Part shown: one piece after another, positions 47,719 to 58,520 of the stretch | Position numbering within the stretch: position 1 is the stretch's first letter | Layout: the number at the start of each line of letters is the position of its first letter | Source: Moorena sp. SIOASIH | GTDB taxonomy: Bacteria > Cyanobacteriota > Cyanobacteriia > Cyanobacteriales > Coleofasciculaceae | Direction: 5' to 3' | Length of the DNA: 64,000 nt | NCBI RefSeq assembly: GCF_010671925.1 | Contig: NZ_JAAHIH010000001.1 | Coordinates: 869,053 to 933,052, forward strand | The notes under the pieces: model-generated | The model's database searches: none | What the model was told of the DNA's origin: nothing | The model's input: the letters and a program-made list of their open reading frames with translations, nothing else | Translations under genes and position numbers: made by a program

Positions 47719-49068
47719 TTAACTGGTAAAAGTTAAAGCTTCACCTCGCACGTCTGTGTTCAATTTTCCTCTGTCGTAGACTACTTGACCACCAACAATG
47801 GTCATCACTGGCCATCCGGTTAAGTTCCAACCTTCAAAAGGACTCCAGCCGCATTTGGTTAAAAGTTCTTCCCGTAACACTGGGTGGTAATTTTCCAAAT
47901 CTACCAGTACCAAATCCGCATCATAGCCAGGAGCGATCGCACCTTTGTTGGGAATTCCATAGGCCAATGCAACTGCTGTAGACATCCAGTCAGATACTTG
48001 AGCCACACTACACCGTCCCTCTATGGCTTGAGTCAGCATCAGTGGCAGAGATGTTTCTACTCCAGGCATTCCCGAAGGAGTGTGGGGGTACCCTTTCGCT
48101 TTTTCCTCCAAGGTATGAGGAGCATGGTCTGTGGCGATAAAATCAATGACACCATCGAGTAGAGCTTGCCAAAGAACTTCGTTGTCGTGGCAGGAGCGCA
48201 AAGGCGGATTCATCTGTGCCAGGGTACCAATCTCTGCATAAGCATCGGTATTTAGTAAGAGGTGCTGGGGAGTCACTTCCGCCGTCACCCAGCTAGGTTT
48301 GTCTTCCCTAAGCAATTCAGCTTCTTCAGCTGTGGATAGGTGCAAGATATGCAAGCGCCGCTGATATTTTTTAGACAACTTCAGAGCTAACTTGGTGGCA
48401 TTAAGGGCAGCTTGATTGTCCTGAATCTTAGAGTGAACAGCAGGGTCAGTAATTCCAGCAAATTCCTTACGCCGCTGATTAATTCTAGCTTGGTCTTCAG
48501 CGTGTACTGCAATTAAGCGATTGTACTTCCCTTCGCTAAAACCTTCAGCAAAAATTGGTTCTATCACTGCTTCATGATCTACCAATAGTGCACCATGAGC
48601 TGAACCCATGAATATCTTAATCCCACAAGTCGGCTGGGCATTGTGCAAATCTGGCTGATTTGCTGGTGTTGCGCCGATAAAAAAGCCATAATTAACTAAG
48701 CACTTATCTGCCGCTCGTTTGAGCTTGTCATCCAGTGGGGCTTGGGTCGTCGTCGGAGGACGAGTATTCGGCATCTCTAAAAAGGACGTCACTCCACCCT
48801 TGGCACAGGCACAACTGGCAGTAAATAAGTCTTCCTTATGTTCTAGACCTGGTTCCCGAAAATGGACTTGGGGATCAATTACCCCTGGCAACAAAGTTAA
48901 GCCTTGAGCGTCTATTTCTTTATATGCCGTAACGTCCGTTGGCACTGGGATGTCTGGGGCAACCTGAACAATCCTTCGACCGCAGGTGTGGATATCCCCC
49001 AGTAAAAATTCACCAGAGGGCAATAGAATACGAGCATGGCGGATAAACAAGCAAAAGTCAGACAACAT
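47719..49068 (-). CDS. pyrC: dihydroorotase (cyclic amidohydrolase)
   Basis: Metal-binding DPQVHFREPG (HxH), plus downstream His and the catalytic Asp region. Confidence 0.7.
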   Translation of the reverse strand: MLSDFCLFIRHARILLPSGEFLLGDIHTCGRRIVQVAPDIPVPTDVTAYKEIDAQGLTLLPGVIDPQVHFREPGLEHKEDLFTASCACAKGGVTSFLEMPNTRPPTTTQAPLDDKLKRAADKCLVNYGFFIGATPANQPDLHNAQPTCGIKIFMGSAHGALLVDHEAVIEPIFAEGFSEGKYNRLIAVHAEDQARINQRRKEFAGITDPAVHSKIQDNQAALNATKLALKLSKKYQRRLHILHLSTAEEAELLREDKPSWVTAEVTPQHLLLNTDAYAEIGTLAQMNPPLRSCHDNEVLWQALLDGVIDFIATDHAPHTLEEKAKGYPHTPSGMPGVETSLPLMLTQAIEGRCSVAQVSDWMSTAVALAYGIPNKGAIAPGYDADLVLVDLENYHPVLREELLTKCGWSPFEGWNLTGWPVMTIVGGQVVYDRGKLNTDVRGEALTFTS

Positions 49069-49384
49069 AGGAGGATGTTATAATTTGACAGTTTCCCTGC
49101 TCGGTGTCTAGGTAGATACAGTAGATACAAACCTGATATATAGCTAAATACAGACAACCGCAGCTAACCTACCACCATGGCACAAATAAACAGGGTTGTC
49201 CTGCCAAATTGACATTATTGACAAAACTTTACATAATCTTGATTTAGGCTCCCCTACTAACTTTAAATTTTTAAGATCTAGCTAGAAAACCCCAGACGTT
49301 TAAATTTGCTGTTAAACTTGCTGATAATTTCCCAATCAGCTATTTGTTGAAATTTCCTCAAACTTGTGTATCGGTAGTAGTTGA

Positions 49385-50011
49385 ATGGATATGAGTCGTG
49401 TACCAGATAAAAGACCAGAAAAAAAACCTACACAGCCTTCTAAAGACAATGCTTGGGTAGAAGGAATCAAAACGATTAGCTTGAGTGCTGTTCTTGCCTT
49501 TGGGATTCGCACGTTTGTGGCTGAAGCGCGATACATCCCATCGGGATCAATGCTACCGACACTACAGCTTTACGACCGCTTGATTATTGATAAGATAAGT
49601 TATCGCTTTTTCCAAGACCCACAACGAGGAGAAATTGTGGTATTTGCTCCCACTGAAAGGCTCAAAGAGCAAAATTTCAAAGAGGCTTTTATCAAGCGCA
49701 TAATTGGGTTACCCGGTGACAAGGTTGTGGTGGAAAATGGGCGAGTTTATATCAATGATCAAGAAATAGAGGAAAAGTATATCGAAGAAGCACCACAGTA
49801 CGATTTTGGACCGGCAACAGTACCACCAGACCAATACCTAGTACTGGGAGATAACCGTAACAATAGCTACGACTCTCACCACTGGGGGTTTGTCCCTCGT
49901 GACAAAATTATCGGTCGTGCTGTATTGCGGTTTTGGCCGTTAAATCGAATGGGGAAATTGAAACCAAATCCGATTTATCCTGAAGGGTTGAATCAGTCAA
50001 CTGACTTATGA
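49385..50011 (+). CDS. lepB: signal peptidase I
   Basis: Catalytic Ser box GSMLPTL, Lys box, and [17 protein letters not shown]. Confidence 0.85.
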   Translation: MDMSRVPDKRPEKKPTQPSKDNAWVEGIKTISLSAVLAFGIRTFVAEARYIPSGSMLPTLQLYDRLIIDKISYRFFQDPQRGEIVVFAPTERLKEQNFKEAFIKRIIGLPGDKVVVENGRVYINDQEIEEKYIEEAPQYDFGPATVPPDQYLVLGDNRNNSYDSHHWGFVPRDKIIGRAVLRFWPLNRMGKLKPNPIYPEGLNQSTDL

Positions 50012-50026
50012 AGTATCAGTACTTCA

Positions 50027-51322
50027 TTATTGATATTTTCGACTTGCTGGACACCAAGTTTGCACGACACGACCAATTAATTCTTGCCCTAGCCAGGGGG
50101 TATTACTAGAAAGGGATTTGAGGTTTTTTTGGTGAACAATCCAAGGGGATTGAGGATTGAATAAGACTAATTCAGCCGATTGACCAGGAGCAGTGCTAGG
50201 GGGGTCTTGCTGTAGACAAATAGCAGGATTTGTGCTAAGACTTTTCCAAAGTTCTAAGGCTGACCAATCCCCTGTCTCGACTAGAGTATGCCAGAGCAGG
50301 GGTAGGGCTAGCTCTAAACCAATCACTCCTGGTGGTGCTTCAGCAAAGGCAACAGTTTTTTCTTCATAAGTGTAGGGAGCGTGGTCAATTGCGATCGCAT
50401 CAATAATCCCCTCCCGAACACCTCGGATCAGTGCGGCTTGGTCAACTGGGTTTCCCAACGGGGGTTCCAAGCGCAAATTGGAGTTGTAACTGCATAAGTC
50501 TTCCGTATTGAGCAATAGATGCATCCAAGTGGTACTGGCTGTTACTGGCAACCCCGCTGCTTTGGCTGATTCAATCAATTGCACAGCGCGACTGGTGGAG
50601 ATACGCATGAGATGGACTGGCGTGCCAGTGGTTGCTACAACTTCTAATAAGGCAGCGATAGCGGATGATTCTGCGATCGCAGGATTCCCTGGCAAACCCA
50701 AACCAATTGACTGGATACCTTCTCGCATCACTCCCCCATTTGCCAACTTAGGGTCACAAGCCCAAAGTGCTACTGGTTTACCCAAGGGTTGTAGGTATTC
50801 CAACAACCGTCGAACTAGTCCTAAATTACATAAAGGACGTTCATCGGTAAAGCCCACTACTCCCCCTAGAGCTAGTTCCGCTAATTCAGTCATTTGCTGT
50901 CCTTCTAACCCGATGGTAAAGGCACCCCAGTAATAGAGTTGAGGTGAAGAAGGTGGGAGGGTCAGATGCGGAGAGTTTTGGAGTTCTTGCCGTTGTGCTA
51001 AAACAGCAGAATTGTCTAGGGGGGGTTTAGTGTCAGGCAAAATGGCTAAGCGAGTAAAGCCTCCATTTGCCGCTGCTGCCAGTAGTGAAGACCAGGTTTC
51101 CCGCTGCTCATGTCCTGGTGCACCAGAATGGCTGTAGAGGTCTACTAGTCCTGGTCCTAAAATGTGTCCCTGACAATCTTGCACCACTGTATCGCTAGAG
51201 ATTTCCTTGATGTGAGTTTCCACTGCCGTGATTACACCATCAGTAATCAGCACATCAGCGACTTGGTCAATTCCAGAAACTGGGTCTAAAACCCGGACTT
51301 GTTGAAGTAGTTTACTATTCAT
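50027..51322 (-). CDS. dihydroorotase-like amidohydrolase-fold protein, probably non-catalytic (metal-ligand His replaced)
   Basis: Amidohydrolase fold but DLYSHSG replaces the DxHxH metal site. Paralogous to 47719..49068. Confidence 0.6.
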   Translation of the reverse strand: MNSKLLQQVRVLDPVSGIDQVADVLITDGVITAVETHIKEISSDTVVQDCQGHILGPGLVDLYSHSGAPGHEQRETWSSLLAAAANGGFTRLAILPDTKPPLDNSAVLAQRQELQNSPHLTLPPSSPQLYYWGAFTIGLEGQQMTELAELALGGVVGFTDERPLCNLGLVRRLLEYLQPLGKPVALWACDPKLANGGVMREGIQSIGLGLPGNPAIAESSAIAALLEVVATTGTPVHLMRISTSRAVQLIESAKAAGLPVTASTTWMHLLLNTEDLCSYNSNLRLEPPLGNPVDQAALIRGVREGIIDAIAIDHAPYTYEEKTVAFAEAPPGVIGLELALPLLWHTLVETGDWSALELWKSLSTNPAICLQQDPPSTAPGQSAELVLFNPQSPWIVHQKNLKSLSSNTPWLGQELIGRVVQTWCPASRKYQ

Positions 51323-51439
51323 TGGGGAAAGGGAAAAGGAAAAATAATTGGCTTTTAACTCAATCCCCCTTTCTAGCTACTCATGTCTAAATTACTTGTT
51401 ATGACTACTTATTTTTTACCTTACTACGTACAATTGTGA

Positions 51440-52870
51440 ACTACCCCGGCCTACTTCGTTGTTCGCGAAGCGTGGCCTACGGCCAGGCCGGGGCTTCCAG
51501 CTTCACGGAAGAACGCCTTAGCTTAGACGGGCGTCCTCGCTTTGGTCTTACTTCTTCGACCCTGGCGTTGACCTCCCCCGTCCCAGAGGAGGATAGCATT
51601 CTGATCCCTTCTGCCCTAATATTCTTGGCCGCATTACCGTCTCTATCGTGGTGAGTTCCGCAACTTGGACAAACCCAAGTCCTTACATCTAGCGGCAACT
51701 CCTTGATACGGTAATGACAACTAGAGCAGGTCTTAGAGCTGGGGAACCACCGGTTTATTTCTACTAAAACTTTCCCTTCTTTTTCGCATTTATAGGAAAG
51801 GAAGTTTACAAAGGTTCCCCAGCCTAGATCAGAAATTGCTTTAGCTAGTTTGTGGTTACGAACCATGCCCTTGACGTTTAGGTTTTCGACTACCACTACC
51901 TGATTCTGGTCTACAATTTTTCTAGATAGTTTGTGCAGGTAGTCTTGGCGGACATTTCCAATACGTTCATATACCTTAGCTACAATCTTACGAGCCTTTT
52001 TGCGTCCACTGCTGCCCTTCTTCTTTCGGGCTGCAATGCGTTGTTTTTTGGCTAGTTTTTTCTCGGATCTATCTATAGGCTTGGGATTGCCAAATTTAGA
52101 GGTCTTTTCGCCGTCATAGGTAATAGCAAAATCCTTGATACCCAAATCAATCCCTATCACCTTTCCCTTCGTTGATGGCTTTACACTATCGGATTCGTAT
52201 TCCATCAAAACAGAAGCGTAATATTTGCCAGAAGGTGCTTTGCTGACTGTTACAGTTTTTATTTCCCCATCTAGTGGTTGATGAATTACAGCCTTGACAA
52301 CTCCTAATTTTCCAGGGAACTTTAGGCAATCACCCACCTGTTTAACATTTTGGGGATACTGAATTGATTGGCGATGATGATACGATTTAAATTTGGGATA
52401 TTTAGCTCTACCTTGGCCTATTGGCCACGCTACGCGAACAAAAAAGTTTTGATATGCACGACTAAGGTTTAGACTCACAGATTGCCAGACCTGGGAGTAA
52501 CAATCCTTTAGCCATTCAGTCTCCTTTTCTTTCTTGAGTTTTGGAAGCATAGAGTTGAGTGCAGATTGTTTCAAGCCTTTGCCAGTTTCCTTGTAAGTTT
52601 CTATGCACTGATTCAAGGCATAGTTCCACCACCAGCGAGCACATCCAAAGTGCTGGGCTAGTATCATTACTTGTTCTTGTGTGGGATAGATTCTGACTTT
52701 GACGGCTTTATGTTTCACTGCACTCAACCTTTTTATCGACCTGGATTACTATTATATAAGTTTTGTATTAAGACGTCAAGGTATAAAGTCAATTTTCTGG
52801 CTCGCTATCCATCCCCAACCTACTTGGCCGTAGGCCACGCTACGCGAACGTAGAGGTTGGGGAATTCCGC
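51440..52870. mobile_element. tnpB-only IS200/IS605-family element (IS1341-like)
   Basis: Terminal hairpins: RE 51445-51492 CCCCGGCCT...AGGCCGGGG and LE 52815-52862 CCAACCTAC...GTAGAGGTTGG. Both ends carry the inverted motif CGCGAAGCGTGGCCTACGGCC. Confidence 0.7.
51477..52727 (-). CDS. tnpB: TnpB (OMEGA RNA-guided RuvC-like nuclease, OrfB_IS605 family)
   Basis: N-terminal VRIYPTQEQ...ARWWWNYAL, RuvC triad (IGIDLGIKDF, ENLNVKGM, DRDGNAAKNI), and Zn ribbon CSSC...CPSCG. Confidence 0.85.
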   Translation of the reverse strand: MSAVKHKAVKVRIYPTQEQVMILAQHFGCARWWWNYALNQCIETYKETGKGLKQSALNSMLPKLKKEKETEWLKDCYSQVWQSVSLNLSRAYQNFFVRVAWPIGQGRAKYPKFKSYHHRQSIQYPQNVKQVGDCLKFPGKLGVVKAVIHQPLDGEIKTVTVSKAPSGKYYASVLMEYESDSVKPSTKGKVIGIDLGIKDFAITYDGEKTSKFGNPKPIDRSEKKLAKKQRIAARKKKGSSGRKKARKIVAKVYERIGNVRQDYLHKLSRKIVDQNQVVVVENLNVKGMVRNHKLAKAISDLGWGTFVNFLSYKCEKEGKVLVEINRWFPSSKTCSSCHYRIKELPLDVRTWVCPSCGTHHDRDGNAAKNIRAEGIRMLSSSGTGEVNARVEEVRPKRGRPSKLRRSSVKLEAPAWP

Positions 52871-53087
52871 GAGTTTTGTTAACATACCACTTTGCCAGAT
52901 TATGTCAGACCTCTGAAGAGGTGACGAAATAGCCGGAAACCCTTTACGCTTAAAGGGGACTGAATCATTGCAGGCTTTCTGGGAGCATCCCAATTTGGCA
53001 TAAATATACCACATTAAGCTGTATGAACTCGATGTTAATGCCCATATCAAAAGATATATTTTCCAAAATGGGATGCTCCCGAATTTA

Positions 53088-53534
53088 TTAATTTTTATTG
53101 GCAGCAAATACGTTAACCAATTTGACCACTTGTGCGGGTCTATGATAAAATGTCCAATGCTGCGGAGACTCTGTTATAGCGTCAGTGTTGGATATTTTCA
53201 GCGTTTTTGTGATGTCTTCACTATTGGAAAACGTGGCTAAGTAAGTTGTTATTTCGCTAGCGCTGTAAGTCACATAATCATCATCATTTTCTATTTTGCC
53301 GTTTCTATCTCCTGGAGCATCATTTTTCAAAAGAAGAAATGAGATATGGTTAGGGGGAGCAATAAGTTCCACATATTGCGTCGGCAACAGATCACGGTCA
53401 CAAAATGAATGTAGAGTTAAGTCACATATTTCCATCTCAGTTTCACTACTTGCCAGGGCATTCATCACATTTAACGTTAGCACTAGCATACAGGTTACTA
53501 ACGTTACAAAACAAGTTTTGATCATTTTTTCCAT
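53088..53534 (-). CDS. hypothetical secreted protein
   Basis: Signal peptide (MEKMIKTCFVTLVTCMLVLTLNVMNALA). No domain. Confidence 0.4.
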   Translation of the reverse strand: MEKMIKTCFVTLVTCMLVLTLNVMNALASSETEMEICDLTLHSFCDRDLLPTQYVELIAPPNHISFLLLKNDAPGDRNGKIENDDDYVTYSASEITTYLATFSNSEDITKTLKISNTDAITESPQHWTFYHRPAQVVKLVNVFAANKN

Positions 53535-53732
53535 TTCTTTTTTGCTTCTCCTAAGTCTGGCATAATGTAGTCAATTAACTACTTTTTTAGTACTACTAGG
53601 CTTTCTAGCTTAAAGTTAAGCTAAAAAACCTCTTTATTGGAGGCTAAACTCTATCAATGTTATACTTTTATCAGTATAAACGACTTGTTCGAGTTTAAAA
53701 CCACTCGCTGCAAATAAGTCCTCAGCTGACTT

Positions 53733-54659
53733 TCAACCTCTTTTCAAATTAGATCCATAAACCGCTACTGCCACCCCAACTAACAATACCACGGCACCTA
53801 CGAGCACTAATACCCCTGGCACTTCCTGAAAAATCAGATAGCCCAAAAAACAAGCACCAACGGGTTCAAACAAAATAGCTAGGGTCACCAGGGTAGGATT
53901 AATCCAGCGTACCAACCAGTTAAAACTGGTATGTCCTACCATTTGGGGGAAAAGCGCCAATAACAAGATGTAGACGTAAACTCCTACCGGATAATTGATA
54001 TAACTGACACCCCAGAGTAAGGATAACAGTAACAACACCAACGCCCCCATACTGTAGGCGACAGCACTATAGCTACCGATACTCAAACCCCGCTGCTGTG
54101 CTTCACGTCCCCAAAGTACATACAAACTTGCTATCACTGCTGCCATCAATGCTAGAGAATTCCCCAACAGAGGATTACTCCCACCACTGAGAGCACCCCC
54201 ATCCCCCAAACTAATCAGCACAGCACCTACAAAGGCCACACCAATTCCCAAAACCGTCAGCCTAGTTAGTTTTTCCTTGAACCACAGCCAAGAAACTAGA
54301 GCAACCCAAATCGGAGTTGTGGTAACTAACGTAGTAGATGCCGCAATGGAGGTAAAAGACAAGGAAGTAATCCAAGCCACAAAGTGTAGCGCTAAACAAA
54401 TACCAGCCCCACTGGCATAGAGTAATGCACCTGGACCTAGCTGAGCTTGCCTGAGATTGCGCCAAGCTGGTAACAGTAGCATAGACGCAATAGTAAGGCG
54501 AGACCCAGCCACGAACAGGCTAAACCCTACCCCACTCACCCCAGCGGATGCGATCGCTAATCGCGCAAAAATAGCTGATGTGGAAATCGCCAACACACCA
54601 GCCAAGAAAACCAATCCCACCTGCCACCGCAGCGGCTGCTTTATAATTTTCATAGCCAT
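53733..54659 (-). CDS. EamA/DMT-family transporter
   Basis: Ten predicted TM helices in two EamA-like halves. Confidence 0.75.
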   Translation of the reverse strand: MAMKIIKQPLRWQVGLVFLAGVLAISTSAIFARLAIASAGVSGVGFSLFVAGSRLTIASMLLLPAWRNLRQAQLGPGALLYASGAGICLALHFVAWITSLSFTSIAASTTLVTTTPIWVALVSWLWFKEKLTRLTVLGIGVAFVGAVLISLGDGGALSGGSNPLLGNSLALMAAVIASLYVLWGREAQQRGLSIGSYSAVAYSMGALVLLLLSLLWGVSYINYPVGVYVYILLLALFPQMVGHTSFNWLVRWINPTLVTLAILFEPVGACFLGYLIFQEVPGVLVLVGAVVLLVGVAVAVYGSNLKRG

Positions 54660-54788
54660 ACAGCTTCAATCCCTAACCATTACCATTATTCCGGGAGAAG
54701 TACTAGGATAAAGGTGAAAAAGCCCAGATAGTCTAACTGTATCTAAAATCTACTTAATCCTTGAAAATTCATAATTGATAATTCAACT

Positions 54789-55160
54789 ATGTTTGAACTA
54801 CCGCCACTCAATACTAATACAATTTGGTCAATTTTAAACGAAGAAATTGATGACGATACCGTTAATAAACTACTCTGGTACTATCTAGGTTATCGTTATA
54901 ACTCAACTACCGGGCAGTGGGATATAACTGAGGTTAATCCTGAATGGCAAGAAGACTATCCCGAGCCACCCAATTTCCTAGAAAGCCGCCCTGCTACCGT
55001 AAAACTAACCCGTTCAATTCCCAAAGAAAATAAACAGCTATTGAAAGAAAAATTAGGTTTCAAAGGTTACAAAATCGGGGAATTTGGTCCTCGACAAACT
55101 CGCCGAGCTACAGCCGCAAACTGGTTACTGAATTATATGGAACAAAACGACATTAAATGA
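54789..55160 (+). CDS. conserved cyanobacterial hypothetical protein
   Basis: ORF with good coding character. No motif recognised. Confidence 0.45.
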   Translation: MFELPPLNTNTIWSILNEEIDDDTVNKLLWYYLGYRYNSTTGQWDITEVNPEWQEDYPEPPNFLESRPATVKLTRSIPKENKQLLKEKLGFKGYKIGEFGPRQTRRATAANWLLNYMEQNDIK

Positions 55161-55292
55161 ATGAATTGTGATAATTTTTGATGCCATATTCCCTACGCCC
55201 TACTCTCTGTTCCCTGTTCCCTGTTCCCTGTTCCCTGTTCCCTGCTCCCTCAAACCGAGGACTTTTTACCTCAACCAATTGTATAAAATACT

Positions 55293-58259
55293 TCATCCTT
55301 CAACCGTACTAGATAAGTCAGTAGGAACAACTACACACTCCAACTCCGCCTTGTGACTCTCCTGCTGGTTCTCCAAATTAATTGCGATCGCTTCAATTCT
55401 GATTTGAGTCGTGCCTTGGGGTATAACTAATTGAGTCATTGCCTCCAGCTCCCCAGCCGCATTGGGGAGTAAATCTATAATAGAACGGGTTTCCTGGAGC
55501 AGAGAGCGAGTTTGGACGTCTTTAACCCACAATTTAATACATAAACGAGATTGACTAGGAGGAAGTTTTATGGTAACCATTACCTTTTCTCCAGCAACTA
55601 ACTCCCTCGTAGTCGGTATTGATAAAGTGGGTGCTGCTAAGGTCGCATCCAACTCTAGGGATGAAAGATTCTCCAGTTTAGCCTTCAAGTCATGTTGCTT
55701 GGTTGCTTTAGGTTTTGTCGGTTGTGGGGCTATTTCTCGATCGTCCACTACAATTTCCTGAGTCGTCCAATCGTGACTAGTAATACCAACTCTAGGGGGT
55801 GTTTCTGGCGTTGCTAATTCTGAAGGAACTAGGGGCAAATCCTGAGATTCTGTCATTGACTCCAAGACCTTTTCTGGAAATTCCCTAACCTCTCCTTGAT
55901 TGCTAGCCTTTTGATTCCTCTGTTCATTTTCCACTGCTGATTGCTCTTCCCCAGCAGGATTACTCTCTGGGGATAATTCTAACCTCAGCAATTCCAACAA
56001 TTCATGATCTTCAGCTAAAGCACTCAACCGTGACCAAAAACGCTCTTCCATGTTTAAGGCTCGGAAAGATTCTTCTAAACCGAGCGACTCAGGATCTTGT
56101 ACAGACTCTAGAGTCTTCGTAGTATTGAATAATTGGTTTAGTTTGGAATTATTGAGCTGGGTATCAACTGATTCTGAATCCTCTAACTGATCATCTGTCT
56201 CAGATTCGTCAATTTCACTAATCTCAATAGTTTGGATTGGCTCAGATTCCATTAGGGAATTAATCAGCACTTCAGAAGCATCATTAGAATTAGATAAGAC
56301 CTCGGACTTTATCTCTAAAGTACTATCTTCAGTACTATCTTCCGACTGTTCTACTGTGTCTTGAACTACTGTGTCTTGAACTACTGTGTCTTGAACTACT
56401 GTGTCTTGAACTACTGTGTCTTGAACTACTGTGTCTTGAACTACTGTGTCTTGAGGCTGTAACTCTGACCCAGTATCTTTATCCCCATGCTCTAGTTCTG
56501 GATTGGCTGTAGTGGAGGAATCTTGATCATCTAGGGAAACTGACTCAGATACTTTAGACTGATCTTGGACATCTTCGTGCTGTGCCTCAGGGTCAGCCAC
56601 CGACTCGATTGTAGGCAAATTGGGCAATTGGATAGATTTAAAAGTTGTGTCACTCAGCTGATGGTGGTACAGTTTTGGTGGTAAAGAGCGTTTAGAGATA
56701 GGTTGCAAGAACAGAGATGGATGGTTTTGGGGTAGCTCAACCAGATCCAGGGGAGTCTGCTCTAAGGGGTCTTCATCTAATAATAGAAGGTCTTGATCAG
56801 GTTGATCAGATTTTGCAGATGCAGCGATCCGATTAGCCAGTACTACCATGGTTTCCATTGGCATCCCCTGATTCCCTGGCACAATTACTTCTAATAAATC
56901 CTCTACATTAGCTGTAACCGTAAATTGTTGAGTGGCTAAAGGAGTTGATTTTGAGTTATAAAGGGTTATTTTTCCTAAAATTAGACCACTTTGGCAATCC
57001 GTTGGAATATCTAGACTATGGCTAAACCCCAAAGATAACTCCTGTTGAGATAGGGAGTACTCAACATCTAACAAACGTTTTCCTGTTTGAGGAAACCGCA
57101 ATTGATAGCGTAGGGTAGCAGGAAATAAGTTTTCTAAAACACTATCTAAAACACTAACCGTTATCCCATCACCATTATTATAATTATCATTATCTAATAA
57201 CAATTCCCCTTTGATAGTCAAAGACTCTCCTCGCCTTGCCAGGAAAATTTCCTTATCTAGTCTTAGGGTTAAACCGTACTTATTAACCTCTGTATCTGAA
57301 ACCCAATCTGAATCAGAAGTTTTTCTTAGCTGTTGGTTATCTTCAGATTCCCTATCTTCCAACTCATCCAATACTGGCTGAAGGACCTGTTGTAGTAGTT
57401 GCTCCAAAGTCTCCAGAGATTCCTCCATGATGGAATTCTCAACAGTCGATTGGAGTGGTAAGTTTTCCGATATAGTTGCTGTTGGTTGTTGGTTGCTTTC
57501 AGGATTAACAGGTGCCTCTGGGTAAACCTCTTCTACCCCTTGCAAAACCGTCTCTTGGCTAGGACTAGATTCCTCTTGGCTAACCCCCATTGCTGCTTGG
57601 GCTTGGTCAACAGGTAACTCTGGCGCAGCAATGGTTATGGGTTGTTCTTCTGGTGGTGTTATCTGACTCTGGTACTCCTGAGGGTTAGAAAACTCTGAGC
57701 TAGCATCTGTTGCTTTCAGGTCATTAGCAATAGTATTGGTGGAGGGAGAATCAACAGCTAGCTCAGGTGTAGTCAAGGAATTGTCTATTTGAGGCGACTG
57801 AGTATCAGTTTGGGTTGCTTCTACTGGGGTGGATTCTACTGGGGTGGATTCTACTGGGGTGGATACAGAGGTTTTAAGGGGTGTCTCTACATCTTTGACC
57901 TTGGGTATGACTTGTAGCGCTAAGGATTTTCGCCATGACTCACCCAGAAAATCGTCCATGATATCGTTACTGCAACGTAACTTCCACAGACCAGGTTTAA
58001 GCTTGGTGAAAGGAATCACCACCATTAACCCTTCTGAGTTGGTGCGACGCCATCGTTTCTGGGACTTGCGTTTGGGTGGCACTTGCTCTGTGCTATCATA
58101 GGTGACGCAAATTTCTACATCAGTATTGGGCAAGTTGGAACGAGCCACTATCCGATACCGACCAGATTCAATTTCCATCTCAGAAGACTTGATTGGCTTC
58201 CAGGAGCGCTCTCCCTCTTTCTGTAGTAGAAATTCCCAGTACTTCTTAGGCATTGTCAA
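55293..58259 (-). CDS. large acidic low-complexity protein with in-frame tandem repeats (DTVVQ x7)
   Basis: 988-aa ORF. Globular N- and C-termini, and a central Glu/Asp/Ser/Thr/Pro-rich region with 15-nt perfect repeats at 56356-56455. Confidence 0.5.
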   Translation of the reverse strand: MTMPKKYWEFLLQKEGERSWKPIKSSEMEIESGRYRIVARSNLPNTDVEICVTYDSTEQVPPKRKSQKRWRRTNSEGLMVVIPFTKLKPGLWKLRCSNDIMDDFLGESWRKSLALQVIPKVKDVETPLKTSVSTPVESTPVESTPVEATQTDTQSPQIDNSLTTPELAVDSPSTNTIANDLKATDASSEFSNPQEYQSQITPPEEQPITIAAPELPVDQAQAAMGVSQEESSPSQETVLQGVEEVYPEAPVNPESNQQPTATISENLPLQSTVENSIMEESLETLEQLLQQVLQPVLDELEDRESEDNQQLRKTSDSDWVSDTEVNKYGLTLRLDKEIFLARRGESLTIKGELLLDNDNYNNGDGITVSVLDSVLENLFPATLRYQLRFPQTGKRLLDVEYSLSQQELSLGFSHSLDIPTDCQSGLILGKITLYNSKSTPLATQQFTVTANVEDLLEVIVPGNQGMPMETMVVLANRIAASAKSDQPDQDLLLLDEDPLEQTPLDLVELPQNHPSLFLQPISKRSLPPKLYHHQLSDTTFKSIQLPNLPTIESVADPEAQHEDVQDQSKVSESVSLDDQDSSTTANPELEHGDKDTGSELQPQDTVVQDTVVQDTVVQDTVVQDTVVQDTVVQDTVEQSEDSTEDSTLEIKSEVLSNSNDASEVLINSLMESEPIQTIEISEIDESETDDQLEDSESVDTQLNNSKLNQLFNTTKTLESVQDPESLGLEESFRALNMEERFWSRLSALAEDHELLELLRLELSPESNPAGEEQSAVENEQRNQKASNQGEVREFPEKVLESMTESQDLPLVPSELATPETPPRVGITSHDWTTQEIVVDDREIAPQPTKPKATKQHDLKAKLENLSSLELDATLAAPTLSIPTTRELVAGEKVMVTIKLPPSQSRLCIKLWVKDVQTRSLLQETRSIIDLLPNAAGELEAMTQLVIPQGTTQIRIEAIAINLENQQESHKAELECVVVPTDLSSTVEG

Positions 58260-58329
58260 TATCTATGACCCAAAGACCTGCTAATTGACTTGATTGCTTT
58301 TCCAATTAGCTTACACTTTAAGTCGAGTA

Positions 58330-58520
58330 TTTTGCTTATTCCCACCCTCGGGATTTTTGACACTCCCCGTCCTAGAAGAACGGGGATTCTTTAATCAACG
58401 AGTCAGCGTGGCTCTTCCAGACCGGAATCAGGAAGAGTAGAGGCTGATTCTCCTAAAGCGTTCGGATCTATGATCCAGGTTCCGGTATGCCCTACCGTAC
58501 CCAAGGCTCTTTTTAGAATA
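58330..58520 (-). ncRNA. putative TnpB omega-RNA (reRNA) overlapping the tnpB 3' end and RE hairpin
   Basis: By analogy to characterised TnpB systems. The conserved 3'-end hairpin is shared by all three copies. Confidence 0.3.
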
